Assembly: GCA_015492075.1 (NCBI GenBank)
Contig: WGFU01000031.1
Coordinates: 2,353 to 66,352 of the forward strand
From: Gammaproteobacteria bacterium
GTDB lineage: Bacteria > Pseudomonadota > Gammaproteobacteria > GCA-2400775
DNA length: 64,000 nt
Direction of reading: 5' to 3'
The first letter of the stretch is position 1; every line of letters starts with the position of its first letter. This document shows, piece by piece, positions 1 through 10,762 of the stretch. The translations under genes and the position numbers were made by a program. A model generated the notes under the pieces. That model made no database searches, was not told the DNA's origin, and was given only the letters and a program-made list of their open reading frames with translations.

Positions 1-357
1 ACGCGCCCTGTCTAGCACCTGCCGCTCCTATGCTCCGTGTCCCTAGATGGCATTATGCCTTCATTACAATAAAATTGTGCAATATTAATTTGGTAGATAT
101 AACTATTTGTGTACAAATTAATTGTGGTGGCTTATGGATGAGGAAGGTCAATTCGCTTGGGTTATTGTTGGTTTGCATGAATATTTTATTGGTAGCGCCG
201 GCTCACGGTGCGCTTCGCGAAAATAATGTCTGCATGCTATGATCCCGATGCACCAAATTCGATCACCAGCACCAATTTGGCGTGTTTTACCATTAAACAG
301 GGGTAAGGTTGGACTTTAAAGCCCCGCATAAACTAAAAACGCGTATACGGGGGATTT

Positions 358-1554
358 ATGGAAGCGTTTCAATCGGGTAGTGACGTATTTTTTGTATTGT
401 TGGGCGCCATTATGGTGTTGGCAATGCACTCTGGCTTCGCCTTCCTCGAGGTGGGGACCGTTCGCAAAAAGAACCAGGTCAACGCTCTAGTTAAAATTAT
501 TGGCGATTTTGCGATATCAACCATTGCCTATTTTTTTATCGGTTACAGTTTCGTTGCTTACGGTTTTGATTTTTTCAGGGGTGCTGAAGCGCTGACTGAA
601 ATGAATGGCTTTGAGTTGGTCAAGTTCTTCTTTTTATTGACCTTTGCCGCGGCGATTCCCGCCATTATTTCAGGTGGTATCGCCGAGCGTGCACGCTTTT
701 ATCCGCAGTTATTGGCGTCGTTTTTAATTGTTGCGCTGCTATACCCCTTTTTCGAAGGTATTGTCTGGAATGGCAACTACGGTATTCAAGACATGATCGA
801 GAGCAGGTTTGGTGCGCCTTTTCATGATTTTGCCGGCTCGATAGTAGTTCATGCCGTTGGCGGCTGGATCGCTTTGGCCGCCGTGTTGCTGTTGGGTGCA
901 CGTCATGGTCGTTATCGTGCCGATGGCGGCATGGCGGCGCATCCACCATCCAGTATTCCGTTTCTCGCGCTCGGTGCCTGGGTGCTGACCGTCGGTTGGT
1001 TTGGTTTTAATGTGATGTCTGCACAAAGTGTTGAAGGTATCAGTGGCCTGGTCGCGATCAATTCACTGATGGCGATGGTCGGCGGTGTGCTGGGGGCTTT
1101 GTTTGTTGGTAAGAATGACCCAGGTTTTGTCCATAATGGCCCGCTGGCTGGCTTAGTTGCGATCTGTGCCGGCTCGGACATTGTCCACCCAGTCGGTGGC
1201 TTGGTGATTGGCTTGATTGCCGGCGCGCTGTTTGTGTGGACGTTTACGCTGGCTCAAAACAAGTGGAAAATCGATGATGTGCTCGGTGTTTGGCCTTTGC
1301 ATGGTCTATGCGGTGTATGGGGCGGTATCGCCTGCGGTATCTTCGGCGCAGAGGCGCTGGGTGGGCTTGGAGGCGTGACATTGGCTGCCCAGGTCGCTGG
1401 TTCTTTGCTGGGCGTGGTGATTGCCTTTGTTGGCGGCTTTATTATTTACGGCATTATCAAAAAATTCATTGGTATTCGTCTTTCCGAGTCCGATGAAATT
1501 CAGGGTGCCGATCTGAGTATCCACAAAATCAGTTCTACCCCGGACTATGATTAG
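358..1554 (+). CDS. amt: ammonium transporter (Amt/MEP/Rh family)
   Basis: 398-aa polytopic membrane ORF. N-terminal FVLLGAIMVLAMHSGFAFLEVG, plus HAVGGW and GVWGGI motifs typical of Amt transporters. Confidence 0.9.
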   Translation: MEAFQSGSDVFFVLLGAIMVLAMHSGFAFLEVGTVRKKNQVNALVKIIGDFAISTIAYFFIGYSFVAYGFDFFRGAEALTEMNGFELVKFFFLLTFAAAIPAIISGGIAERARFYPQLLASFLIVALLYPFFEGIVWNGNYGIQDMIESRFGAPFHDFAGSIVVHAVGGWIALAAVLLLGARHGRYRADGGMAAHPPSSIPFLALGAWVLTVGWFGFNVMSAQSVEGISGLVAINSLMAMVGGVLGALFVGKNDPGFVHNGPLAGLVAICAGSDIVHPVGGLVIGLIAGALFVWTFTLAQNKWKIDDVLGVWPLHGLCGVWGGIACGIFGAEALGGLGGVTLAAQVAGSLLGVVIAFVGGFIIYGIIKKFIGIRLSESDEIQGADLSIHKISSTPDYD

Positions 1555-1579
1555 CTTTTGCAGCGAGTCAGCACACCGT

Positions 1580-1613
1580 GAGCCGTCGACCCGGTATATC
1601 GGGTCGACGGCTC
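1580..1613 (+). terminator. perfect 14-bp stem hairpin downstream of amt (possible terminator; no U-tract)
   Basis: GAGCCGTCGACCCG gtatat CGGGTCGACGGCTC lies 26 nt after the amt stop. There is no T-run after the stem, so intrinsic-terminator status is uncertain. Confidence 0.4.
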
Positions 1614-1692
1614 GACCATTCCTGAACAGGTGCTGGAAATCTTAGCTAAAAACGTGTAGCTTAAAGGGTCTTTTTCGTCCCGCTTAGCTTTC

Positions 1693-3051
1693 ATGAATCC
1701 CAAGCTCTTTATTCAAACTCACGGTTGTCAGATGAATGAATACGACTCCTCGCGCATGGTGGAGTTGTTGCATGAATCGCACGGGCTGGAAGTTACCACT
1801 TCGCCTGATGAGGCCGATGTGCTGTTGCTCAACACCTGCTCTATTCGTGAAAAGGCGCAAGAAAAGGTATTTTCCGCACTAGGGCGCTGGCGTGAGCTAA
1901 AGCTGAAACGCCCGCAGCTCATCATTGGCGTCGGCGGTTGCGTTGCCAGTCAGGAGGGTGAAGGGATACGCCAACGTGCACCTTATGTTGATATGGTGTT
2001 TGGGCCGCAGACCTTGCATCGTCTGCCGGCCATGATCGATGAGGTGCGGCGCTCGCGCAAGCCAGTGATTGATATCAGTTTCCCCGAAATCGAGAAATTT
2101 GACCATCTGCCCACACCAAGAGCAGAAGGGCCAAGCGCGTTTGTTTCGGTGATGGAAGGCTGCAGTAAATACTGCACATTTTGCGTCGTACCCTATACCC
2201 GTGGTGAAGAAGTCAGCCGGCCCTTTGAAGAGGTGCTGGCCGAAGTCAGTTTGCTTGCCGAACAGGGGGTGCGAGAAATCAATCTGCTAGGCCAGAACGT
2301 TAATGCTTATCGTGGGCTTATGGCGGATGGCGATGAGGCTGACCTGGCATTATTGATTAATTATATTGCCGATTTCGAGGCTATAGAACGTATTCGTTTT
2401 ACCACCTCACACCCCGTTGAGTTCTCCGATAGCCTGATTCAGGCCTTTGCTGATGTGCCAAAATTGGTCAGCCACTTGCATCTGCCTGTACAAAGCGGTG
2501 CGGACAGAATCTTGGCATTAATGAAACGTGGGCATACTGCATTAGAGTACAAATCGAAAATTCGCCGCCTGCGCGAGGCGCGGCCGGATTTAAGTCTTTC
2601 ATCGGATTTTATTATCGGTTTTCCAGGGGAAACGGAGGCTGATTTTGAGCAAACCATGAAACTGGTCGAAGATGTCGGGTTTGATCACTCGTTCAGTTTT
2701 ATTTATAGTGCGCGCCCGGGCACGCCAGCAGCGAATTTCCCTGACGATGTTAGCATGGCTGTTAAGCAACAGCGCTTAACACGTTTGCAGACGCGCATCC
2801 GACAAATGGCAGAAGCCATCAGTCAATCCATGATCGGCACGCGCCAGCGTATCCTGGTCGACCGCCCCTCTAAAAAGGATGACAAAATCCTTGCCGGCCG
2901 CACCGAGAATAACCGCGTTGTTAACTTCGCAGGTCCCGTGGGGCTAATCGGCCAGTTTGCTGAGGTGGAGATCACCGAGGCGTTGCCAAACTCCTTGCGC
3001 GGTCGCCTGGTGCCGGCCGGTGGTCAAGCTGCTGTCGCACACTGCGCATAA
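1693..3051 (+). CDS. miaB: tRNA-2-methylthio-N6-dimethylallyladenosine synthase MiaB
   Basis: N-terminal [10 protein letters not shown] motif, radical-SAM [15 protein letters not shown], and a C-terminal TRAM region. Colinear with E. coli MiaB as I recall it. Confidence 0.95.
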   Translation: MNPKLFIQTHGCQMNEYDSSRMVELLHESHGLEVTTSPDEADVLLLNTCSIREKAQEKVFSALGRWRELKLKRPQLIIGVGGCVASQEGEGIRQRAPYVDMVFGPQTLHRLPAMIDEVRRSRKPVIDISFPEIEKFDHLPTPRAEGPSAFVSVMEGCSKYCTFCVVPYTRGEEVSRPFEEVLAEVSLLAEQGVREINLLGQNVNAYRGLMADGDEADLALLINYIADFEAIERIRFTTSHPVEFSDSLIQAFADVPKLVSHLHLPVQSGADRILALMKRGHTALEYKSKIRRLREARPDLSLSSDFIIGFPGETEADFEQTMKLVEDVGFDHSFSFIYSARPGTPAANFPDDVSMAVKQQRLTRLQTRIRQMAEAISQSMIGTRQRILVDRPSKKDDKILAGRTENNRVVNFAGPVGLIGQFAEVEITEALPNSLRGRLVPAGGQAAVAHCA

Positions 3052-3061
3052 ATTAAGTGCT

Positions 3062-4063
3062 ATGAATACTGCCGCAAAACCCTCTGAATTTGTTTTTGAG
3101 CCACAGGATAATGAGCGTCTTGCTAATCTTTGTGGGCAATTTGATGAGCATCTGCGCCATGTTGAGCGATCATTGGGTGTCGAGATCAAAAATCGCGGCA
3201 ATAATTTTTGGCTGATTGGTGATCATCGTTCAACTCGGCTAGCACGTGTGGTGCTCAATGATTTATATGAAGGCGCAGAAAACAGCCGTATCGGCTCCGC
3301 CGAGGTTCATTTGGCTCTACAAAAAGCGGGTATCGAAGAGACTATGAACGATCAGGTCAAGACGGCAGCATCAAACTTGCCTATTAAAACGCGTGGCGGG
3401 GTGATTAAGGCGATAGGCGCCAACCAGCAGCATTATCTCAATGCCATTGCTGCACATGCAATTAATTTCGGTATAGGTCCTGCCGGCACCGGTAAGACCT
3501 ATCTCGCGGTAGCCTGTGCTGTTGAGGCGCTTGAGAAACAACAAGTACAGAGAATACTGTTGGTGCGCCCGGCGGTAGAGGCGGGTGAGCGACTCGGGTT
3601 TTTGCCCGGTGATCTTGCCCAGAAGATTGATCCGTATTTGCGGCCTTTGTACGATGCCTTGTACGAGATGCTGGGTAATGAGCGCGTGGCTAAGTTACTT
3701 GAGCGCAGTGTGATAGAAGTGGCTCCGCTCGCTTATATGCGCGGCCGTACCCTGAATGAGGCCTTTGTTATTCTTGATGAAGCGCAAAACACGACTATGG
3801 AACAAATGCGAATGTTTTTAACTCGCATTGGTTTTGGCGCTAAAGTGGTAATTAATGGCGATGTCAGTCAGGTTGATTTGCCGCGCGGCCAACGTTCCGG
3901 TTTACGACATGCGGCGAAACTCCTGCGTGACGTCGAAGGCATCAGTTTTACCCATTTTGGTTCTAGCGATGTGGTTCGGCATCCTCTGGTGCAACGCATT
4001 GTCGACGCCTATGAGTCGTATGATAGTGCCGAAGCGGCCAAATATGAGGATGTCGGCGACTAA
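3062..4063 (+). CDS. ybeZ: PhoH-like ATPase YbeZ
   Basis: Walker A GPAGTGKTYLAVA and PhoH-family core (ILDEAQN). The start is set at ATG 3062 because the first 35 codons of the 2957 ORF overlap the miaB 3' end. Confidence 0.9.
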   Translation: MNTAAKPSEFVFEPQDNERLANLCGQFDEHLRHVERSLGVEIKNRGNNFWLIGDHRSTRLARVVLNDLYEGAENSRIGSAEVHLALQKAGIEETMNDQVKTAASNLPIKTRGGVIKAIGANQQHYLNAIAAHAINFGIGPAGTGKTYLAVACAVEALEKQQVQRILLVRPAVEAGERLGFLPGDLAQKIDPYLRPLYDALYEMLGNERVAKLLERSVIEVAPLAYMRGRTLNEAFVILDEAQNTTMEQMRMFLTRIGFGAKVVINGDVSQVDLPRGQRSGLRHAAKLLRDVEGISFTHFGSSDVVRHPLVQRIVDAYESYDSAEAAKYEDVGD

Positions 4064-4065
4064 CT

Positions 4066-4524
4066 ATGTTAGTCGAAACACAGTTGAGCGAAAGCTTGGC
4101 CGATAAGTTGTATGTGCCGACCAACGCCTTGTTTGAAAAATGGGCGGGGGCCGTATTGGCACAGCAATCTGTGGGCGATGCCGAATTGCATGTCCGTATT
4201 GTCGATAAAGATGAGAGTCAATCCTTGAATAAGGCTTATCGAGACAAGGAGGCGCCGACCAATGTGTTGTCATTTACGCTGGAAGTGCCGCAATTTGTTC
4301 GGCCGCGCATTCTTGGCGACCTGGTCATTTGTGCCGAGGTGGTTGATGCGGAAGCGCGCGCGCAAAATAAATTGCCTGATGCGCATTGGGCGCATACGGT
4401 AGTGCATGGCGTCTTGCATTTGCTTGGTTTCGACCATCAAGATGACGAGCAGGCGCGGCATATGGAAGGATTGGAAGCCAAGATTATGCAAACCATTGGT
4501 TTTGCCAACCCTTATGAGTCATGA
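4066..4524 (+). CDS. ybeY: rRNA maturation endoribonuclease YbeY
   Basis: 152 aa with zinc-binding motif HGVLHLLGFDH. Sits in the conserved ybeZ-ybeY-corC order. Confidence 0.95.
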   Translation: MLVETQLSESLADKLYVPTNALFEKWAGAVLAQQSVGDAELHVRIVDKDESQSLNKAYRDKEAPTNVLSFTLEVPQFVRPRILGDLVICAEVVDAEARAQNKLPDAHWAHTVVHGVLHLLGFDHQDDEQARHMEGLEAKIMQTIGFANPYES

Positions 4525-4555
4525 TTAAAATTCTGCTAGTACGCTAGCGCAATAG

Positions 4556-5455
4556 GTGAATAGAGTCATTATGCCGGAAGGACAATCTAGCAACGGTTCA
4601 GGTTCTCGATCTTGGTTGGAGAAGTTGAGCCAGGCCCTTAGTGGCGAGCCAAAGGACAGACAGCAATTGTTGGAGTTGTTGCAGGAAGCAGAGCAGCGTA
4701 ATGTCTTGGGTACGGACGCCCTGACTATGATAGAAGGCGTATTGCAAGTTGCCGACATGCAAGTGCGCGATATCATGGTGCCGCGAGCGCAAATGATCGT
4801 GGTTGAACGTGATCATAGTTTTAATGAAGTGCTGCCGATTATTACGCAGTCTGCGCATTCACGTTTTCCGGTTATCGGCGAGACCCGTGATGATGTGGTG
4901 GGTATTCTGCTGGCAAAGGATTTACTGCCTATTTTCCATAGCGGCGAAGACAGCTTTGCTTTGCGCGAGTTGCTGCGACCGGCTGTTTTTGTGCCGGAGA
5001 GTAAGCGTCTAAACGTACTGTTGAAAGAGTTTCGTGCCAGTCGCAATCACATGGCCATTGTTGTTGATGAATACGGTGGCGTAGCGGGATTGGTGACGAT
5101 TGAAGATGTGATAGAACAAATTGTTGGTGAAATCAGCGACGAGCATGATATCGATGACGACACCTATTTTAAAAAGCATAGCGATACTGAATTTATTGTC
5201 AAGGCGTTGACCCCTATCGATGAATTTAATGAGCAGTTTTACAGCCACTTTAATGACGAAGAGTTCGATACCATTGGCGGTGCCGTGGTTAACGCCTTCG
5301 GTCACATGCCGTCACGTGGTGATAGTATTACTATTGGCTCGATATCCTTTGAGGTGATCGCTGCCGACAGCCGCCGTTTGCATTTACTGCAGATTTCATT
5401 GGCCGCCGACCTGGCTGACAAGGTTAACAGCGCGCAGCAAAAACAAATTGCTTGA
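4556..5455 (+). CDS. corC: CBS-domain Mg/Co efflux-associated protein CorC
   Basis: Tandem CBS region followed by a CorC/HlyC-type C-terminal domain, with matching synteny. The start is ambiguous (GTG 4556 or ATG 4571). Confidence 0.85.
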   Translation: MNRVIMPEGQSSNGSGSRSWLEKLSQALSGEPKDRQQLLELLQEAEQRNVLGTDALTMIEGVLQVADMQVRDIMVPRAQMIVVERDHSFNEVLPIITQSAHSRFPVIGETRDDVVGILLAKDLLPIFHSGEDSFALRELLRPAVFVPESKRLNVLLKEFRASRNHMAIVVDEYGGVAGLVTIEDVIEQIVGEISDEHDIDDDTYFKKHSDTEFIVKALTPIDEFNEQFYSHFNDEEFDTIGGAVVNAFGHMPSRGDSITIGSISFEVIAADSRRLHLLQISLAADLADKVNSAQQKQIA

Positions 5456-5494
5456 ATCGATTTCCCTAATCTGGATTATCAAGAGACTAATTAC

Positions 5495-7006
5495 GTGATA
5501 CTGAGCTTAGGCTGGGCGGGAGAGTTACTTGCCCTGTTGGCAGGTGCTGCTGTGCCGTTCGCTTTCGCGCCCTATGGTTTTTATCCGATTGCCATTATTA
5601 GTCTGGCCATTTTATTTGCTTTATGGTTGGCGGTAACGGCAAAGCGCGCCTTTCTGCGCGGCTTGTTATTTGGCGTTGGCATGTTCGCTGTCGGAATACA
5701 CTGGATATTCATTAGTATTCACGAATACGGTGGAGTAGCGTTTGAGTTGGCGCTGTTTTTAAGTGCGCTGCTTGTTGTTTACTTGTCCTTATTTCCTGCG
5801 GTTCTGGGTTATTTGCTGGCTCGTTTTGCGCCAGGCTTGAGTATTACTAGTATTACTCTAAAACTGGTTTTTATCTTTCCTGCGGCTTGGGCGCTGAGTG
5901 AGTGGTTAAGGGGTTGGTTGTTTACTGGCTTCCCCTGGTTGAGCCTAGGTTATTCGCAGATTGACAGCCCATTATCCGCTATTGCTCCGATCCTGGGTGT
6001 TTACGGTGTGTCGTGGTTGCTGGCGCTGTGTTCAGGTTTGCTGGTGCTGGCGCTGTTTCGCCGTGGCGTGATAATAAAGCTAATGTATGTTGCCGCAATT
6101 GCTGTGGTGATATTGTCGGCGTCGTTGGTGTCAACCGTTGATTGGACGCATGATGCGGGTGAGCCGGTACGAGTTAGTTTGATACAAGGGAATATTCCGC
6201 AACAATTGAAATGGGAAAGGGATGTCTATCAGCCCACTCTCGATCTCTATCTCGCGTTTAGCCGGGAACACTGGGACAGCGACCTGATTGTTTGGCCTGA
6301 AACGGCTATTTCGGAGTTTTATCATCGCGCAGAAGATTTTATCGACGGGCTTTGGCAGGAAGCCCAGGCAAATAATACCGATATATTGACGGGTGTGCTT
6401 TATCGTAATCAGCAGACGCATGATTATTACAATGCCCTGGTTGGTCTGGGCGAAGAGAAATCCTTATATTTCAAGCGGCATTTAGTGCCATTCACCGAAT
6501 ATCTACCTTTGAGGCCGCTATTAGGCAGCATTATCGATTTTATGAACGTGCCGATGTCGAGTTTTTCGTCTGGCGCTGCCGATCAAGCGCCCTTGATATT
6601 GGCAGGCAACCCTATAGGTATGTCAATATGCTATGAGGACGTGTTCGGTGAGGAGCTTGCACGCGTAGTTCCGCAAGCGACAATATTGGCTAACGTCAGC
6701 AATGACGCCTGGTTCGGTGGTTCCAGTGCCGCCTATCAGCATCAACAGATCGCACGCATGCGTGCCCTGGAAGCAGGCCGCCCTTTGCTGCGAGCAACCA
6801 ATACCGGTGTGTCCTCGATTATGGATCACAAGGGTGAACTATTGGTAGTTAGCGAACTCAATATCGTTGATGTGGTTACTAGTGAAGTGCAGCCGCAGTC
6901 AGGGTTGACACCCTATGTGCGTTTTCAAAACCATACCATAGTCTTGTTGGCTTTGGGCCTATTGTTGATCGGAGGCAGGCTGAAACGAAGGTCTGCTGTG
7001 AATTAA
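5495..7006 (+). CDS. lnt: apolipoprotein N-acyltransferase
   Basis: 503 aa. Multi-TM N-terminus plus a carbon-nitrogen hydrolase domain (WPE, ICYEDVF cysteine motif). Follows corC as in other Gammaproteobacteria. Confidence 0.9.
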   Translation: MILSLGWAGELLALLAGAAVPFAFAPYGFYPIAIISLAILFALWLAVTAKRAFLRGLLFGVGMFAVGIHWIFISIHEYGGVAFELALFLSALLVVYLSLFPAVLGYLLARFAPGLSITSITLKLVFIFPAAWALSEWLRGWLFTGFPWLSLGYSQIDSPLSAIAPILGVYGVSWLLALCSGLLVLALFRRGVIIKLMYVAAIAVVILSASLVSTVDWTHDAGEPVRVSLIQGNIPQQLKWERDVYQPTLDLYLAFSREHWDSDLIVWPETAISEFYHRAEDFIDGLWQEAQANNTDILTGVLYRNQQTHDYYNALVGLGEEKSLYFKRHLVPFTEYLPLRPLLGSIIDFMNVPMSSFSSGAADQAPLILAGNPIGMSICYEDVFGEELARVVPQATILANVSNDAWFGGSSAAYQHQQIARMRALEAGRPLLRATNTGVSSIMDHKGELLVVSELNIVDVVTSEVQPQSGLTPYVRFQNHTIVLLALGLLLIGGRLKRRSAVN

Positions 7007-7013
7007 TGGGTGT

Positions 7014-8200
7014 TTGGCGGACTCACTGGGAAACAGGGCGTGTGATGTCAAAGCGGATACCATAGTGAGCGATGGCGCGATAAAACGCTATGCCTATATT
7101 GACGCGTTGAGAGGTTACGCAATTCTTGGCGTTATAGCTGTGCATTCAACGTTTCATTTTGATGAGTACGAATATTTATTCGAGCGAGTGTTTGTCGGTG
7201 GTCAGTATGGTGTTCACTTGTTTTTCGTGGCTAGCGCGCTGACCTTGTTTTTATCATTGTCGAAGCGGTCAGAAGACGAGAAGAGTCCATACCGTAATTT
7301 TTTTATTCGCCGCTTTTTCAGGATCGCACCGCTATTTTGGTTTGGTATTCTGGTCTACTATCTCTTGGGGCTTGTTCCCTGGGACGAGGAAATGGGCAGT
7401 CTTCGGCCAGAATTGGAGCCGTGGAATTATTGGCTAACATTTGCGTTTTTGCATGGCTGGCATCCAGCGACAATCAATAAGGTGGTACCTGGCGACTGGT
7501 CGATCGCGGTGGAAGTGACATTTTATCTCTTGGTTCCTTGGCTGTTTCTATGGATTAAAAATCTACGCATGGCTTTGTGGGTGCTAATTGCTGTTGTTAT
7601 TCTGGCCTTGATTTTCGATAGATTAATCGCAAGTTATGCGTACTTGGTGTTTCCAGATCATAGTCCTCGCAGTTTTAGGGAGTTTAATTTTGTTAGGCAG
7701 TTGCCAGTGTTTCTAATAGGCGTATCATTATATTTTTTGCTTGCTAAGCATAACCTAGAAAAATGGCTGGCCGATAATAATTATACCTATATGATGTTGG
7801 TAGCATTATTGCTCGCGTTTGTTTTTTGCCGTATACGGATAATGTTTATATCCCTACAAGCTGGTTTTATAGCATAATGTTTGTGCTATTTTCTCTGGTG
7901 ATTGCCGGTTTGAACGGTAGAGCATTTGTTAATCCGGTTATATGCGGTTTAGGTAAGATCAGCTTTAGTGGTTATATGTCACATTTTTTTATTGTTGATC
8001 TGGTTGCTTTATATTTCCCGCTAGATGAAATGTGCGGTTTTAGCGAATTTTCTGTAACTTTATACGTGCTAGTTTTTATTTTTATCGCTGTTCTCGTTAC
8101 CGCGCTATTTTCTACGGTTACCTATAAGTATATTGAACGCCCGGGCATTGCATTGGGTAATACGATAATAGGTGCTTTGGAGCGGCGTCCCCGAGTGTGA
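7014..8200 (+). pseudogene. acyltransferase family 3 (OafA/YrhL-like membrane O-acyltransferase), split by a frameshift
   Basis: Two overlapping ORFs (7014..7877 and 7826..8200) together look like one Acyl_transf_3 protein. The N-terminal part carries IDALRGYAILGVIAVH, GVHLFFVAS, RRFFRIAPLFW and WSIAVEVTFYLLVP. The C-terminal part carries GKISFSGYMSHFFIV. The frames switch near a T6 run at 7822-7827. The likely true start is GTG 7065. Confidence 0.7.
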
Positions 8201-8272
8201 GCTATATTTCCCCGCTTGTTTCTTTATGGGAACATTTACGTTAGATATATTTTCTGGTGTCCAGTACGAATT

Positions 8273-10762
8273 ATGAGTAACGAATACAATGCTGCCGAGA
8301 TAGAGCAGGCGGTGCAATCCTATTGGCAAGCAAATAAAAGTTTTTTTGCGACTGACAATCACAGTGGTGAAAACTACTATTGCCTGTCCATGTTTCCCTA
8401 TCCCAGTGGTCGCTTGCATATGGGGCATGTGCGTAACTACACCATTGGCGATGTGATCAGCCGTTATCAGCGTATGTGTGGCAAAAACGTATTGCAGCCG
8501 ATGGGTTGGGATGCCTTTGGTCTACCGGCCGAAAATGCCGCGATCAAGAATAATGTAGCGCCAGCAAAATGGACACGCACGAATATCGACACCATGCGGC
8601 TTCAGTTGCAGCGCCTGGGTTTCGCCTATGACTGGACGCGTGAGATTGCTACCTGTCATCCGGATTATTATCGTTGGGAGCAGTGGTTTTTTATCAGGCT
8701 GTATGAGAAAGGCTTGGTTTACAAGAAAACCTCAGCCGTGAACTGGTGCCCTAATGATTTGACCGTGTTAGCGAATGAACAGGTTATTGATGGCTGTTGT
8801 TGGCGTTGCGATACGGCGGTGGAGCGGCGTGAGATACCGCAGTGGTTTCTTAAAATTACTGACTATGCCGATGAGCTGCTGGAATCGCTGGATCAACTGG
8901 ATGAATGGCCGGAGCAGGTGCGCGCCATGCAGCGCAACTGGATTGGCCGTTCTTACGGCTTGGAAATCAAATTTGGTTTGGAAGGGGAAGATAAACAGAT
9001 AGCAGTTTATACCACGCGCCCCGATACGCTGATGGGCGTGACCTATCTCGCTATCGCGCCTGAACATCCCTTGGTATTGGCAGCTGCCAAAGCGCGCCCT
9101 CAGTTGCAGGCGTTTATTGAAAGATGCAAATGTATGCAAACCTCCGAGGCGGCGCTGGAGAAAATGGAGAAAGAAGGTGTCGCAACCGGTCTCATTGTGA
9201 GGCATCCATTAACCGCTGAATTGCTCCCTGTCTATGCCGCCAACTTTGTGCTGATGGGATATGGCAGCGGCGCAGTGATGTCGGTGCCTGCGCATGATCA
9301 GCGTGATTGGGAGTTTGCTCAAAAATACGGTTTGCCTGTCAAGCAAGTCATCGCTGCGGCCAATGGTGATGAGGCGGATATCAGCCGCGCTGCTTATACT
9401 GATAAAGGCGTGCTCATTAATTCAGAGGGTTTTGATGGCCTTGATTTCGACCAAGCCTTCGCCGCCATTGCCGAGGCGCTTGAAAATAAGGATTGTGGCC
9501 AGCGCCAAACGCATTATCGACTGCGTGACTGGGGCGTGTCGCGCCAGCGTTACTGGGGTGCGCCTATTCCGATGGTGGTGTGTGATGACTGCGGCGACGT
9601 GCCGGTGCCTGTAGATCAGCTGCCGGTAAAATTACCTGAAGAAGTCACCCTGGTGGAAGGCAGCGGCTCACCCCTGGCACGCATGCCAGAGTTTTATGAA
9701 ACCGATTGCCCAAGCTGTGGTAATCCGGCAAAACGCGAAACTGACACCTTTGATACGTTTATGCAGTCATCCTGGTATTACGCACGTTATACCTGCCGCG
9801 ATAACGACAAGGCCATGCTGGATTCCCGCGCTAACGACTGGCTGCCGGTTGATCAATATGTGGGAGGGATCGAGCATGCCATTTTGCATCTGCTCTATGC
9901 GCGTTTTTACCACAAACTGTTGCGCGACGAAGGCCTGGTCAGCAGTGACGAGCCGTTTAAACGTTTGTTGACGCAAGGCATGGTGCTTAAGGATGGCAGC
10001 AAGATGTCGAAGTCGAAGGGTAATACCGTTGATCCGCAAGCCCTGATCGAGCGTTACGGTGCCGACACAGTCCGGTTATTTACCATGTTTGCCGCGCCAC
10101 CGGAGCACTCATTGGAATGGAATGACGAGGCCGTCGAGGGTGCGTATCGTTTTCTGCGCCGCCTTTGGAAGCTGCTACTTGAAGAGCCGGTGAATCAGAC
10201 TCTGCGTGGCAATGTTGCCTTGCTCTCCACAGCTGATTGGTCAACCCTGGGTTCTGCTATAAAAAAACAGCGTTTCGAACTGCATGGTTTGCTCGAACAG
10301 GCCAATCGCGATATGGCTAAATATCAATTTAATACCGTGGTGGCCACGGCAATGAAAATGGTTAATCTGCTGGCGCGCTGGCCACAGGAAGATGATGCCC
10401 ATAATCGCGGCGCGGGCCTGGCCTATTGCGAAGCGGTGACGATATTGCTGCGTATTATTGCGCCCATCGTGCCGCATGTTACCCATGCCTTATGGCGGCA
10501 AATCGGCCACGATAATGATATTCTCGACGCAGGCTGGCCGCAGGTTGACAGCACGGCGCTGGTGAGTGACGAAATCGAATTGGTGGTGCAGGTCAATGGT
10601 AAACTACGCGACCGTATTACGGTCGCCGCTGGCGCGTCGAATGATTTGATCGAACAGGCGGCATTGGCCTCTGATAATGTTGCGCGATTCGTTGCAGGCA
10701 AGGAGATCAAGAAAATTATTATCGTCCCCAAACGTTTGGTGAATATCGTTGTTGCCGGCTAG
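8273..10762 (+). CDS. leuS: leucine--tRNA ligase
   Basis: HIGH-type motif HMGHVRNY and KMSKS motif KMSKSKGN. The start is set at ATG 8273 ([12 protein letters not shown]), which drops the AT-rich 19-codon extension. Confidence 0.95.
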   Translation: MSNEYNAAEIEQAVQSYWQANKSFFATDNHSGENYYCLSMFPYPSGRLHMGHVRNYTIGDVISRYQRMCGKNVLQPMGWDAFGLPAENAAIKNNVAPAKWTRTNIDTMRLQLQRLGFAYDWTREIATCHPDYYRWEQWFFIRLYEKGLVYKKTSAVNWCPNDLTVLANEQVIDGCCWRCDTAVERREIPQWFLKITDYADELLESLDQLDEWPEQVRAMQRNWIGRSYGLEIKFGLEGEDKQIAVYTTRPDTLMGVTYLAIAPEHPLVLAAAKARPQLQAFIERCKCMQTSEAALEKMEKEGVATGLIVRHPLTAELLPVYAANFVLMGYGSGAVMSVPAHDQRDWEFAQKYGLPVKQVIAAANGDEADISRAAYTDKGVLINSEGFDGLDFDQAFAAIAEALENKDCGQRQTHYRLRDWGVSRQRYWGAPIPMVVCDDCGDVPVPVDQLPVKLPEEVTLVEGSGSPLARMPEFYETDCPSCGNPAKRETDTFDTFMQSSWYYARYTCRDNDKAMLDSRANDWLPVDQYVGGIEHAILHLLYARFYHKLLRDEGLVSSDEPFKRLLTQGMVLKDGSKMSKSKGNTVDPQALIERYGADTVRLFTMFAAPPEHSLEWNDEAVEGAYRFLRRLWKLLLEEPVNQTLRGNVALLSTADWSTLGSAIKKQRFELHGLLEQANRDMAKYQFNTVVATAMKMVNLLARWPQEDDAHNRGAGLAYCEAVTILLRIIAPIVPHVTHALWRQIGHDNDILDAGWPQVDSTALVSDEIELVVQVNGKLRDRITVAAGASNDLIEQAALASDNVARFVAGKEIKKIIIVPKRLVNIVVAG

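Noticed and set aside
30-242. 70-aa ORF upstream of amt whose internal Met gives a signal-peptide-like MRKVNSLGLLLVCMNILLVAPAHG
   Set aside because: It lies in an AT-rich non-coding-looking stretch with no Shine-Dalgarno. Only about 10 residues follow the putative cleavage site, and there is no family resemblance.
249-284. Two tandem NtrC-like dyads (TGCACC...) suggesting a nitrogen-regulated enhancer for amt
   Set aside because: The right half-sites match poorly. I could not find a sigma54 -24 GG / -12 GC pair with correct spacing between 284 and 357. It is kept only as a low-interest note.
2957-3061. N-terminal extensions in the ORF track: phoH 2957, leuS 8216, holA 11191, proA 12338, nadD 13614, nit 21332, mlaC 24388, ibaG 25381, hisB 28999, actF 42715, trpC 48575, osmC-like 50058, ccmC 57939, SPFH 55124
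   Set aside because: Each extension overlaps the upstream gene or runs through intergenic sequence and lacks family-conserved residues. Internal ATG/GTG starts restore canonical N-termini and lengths.
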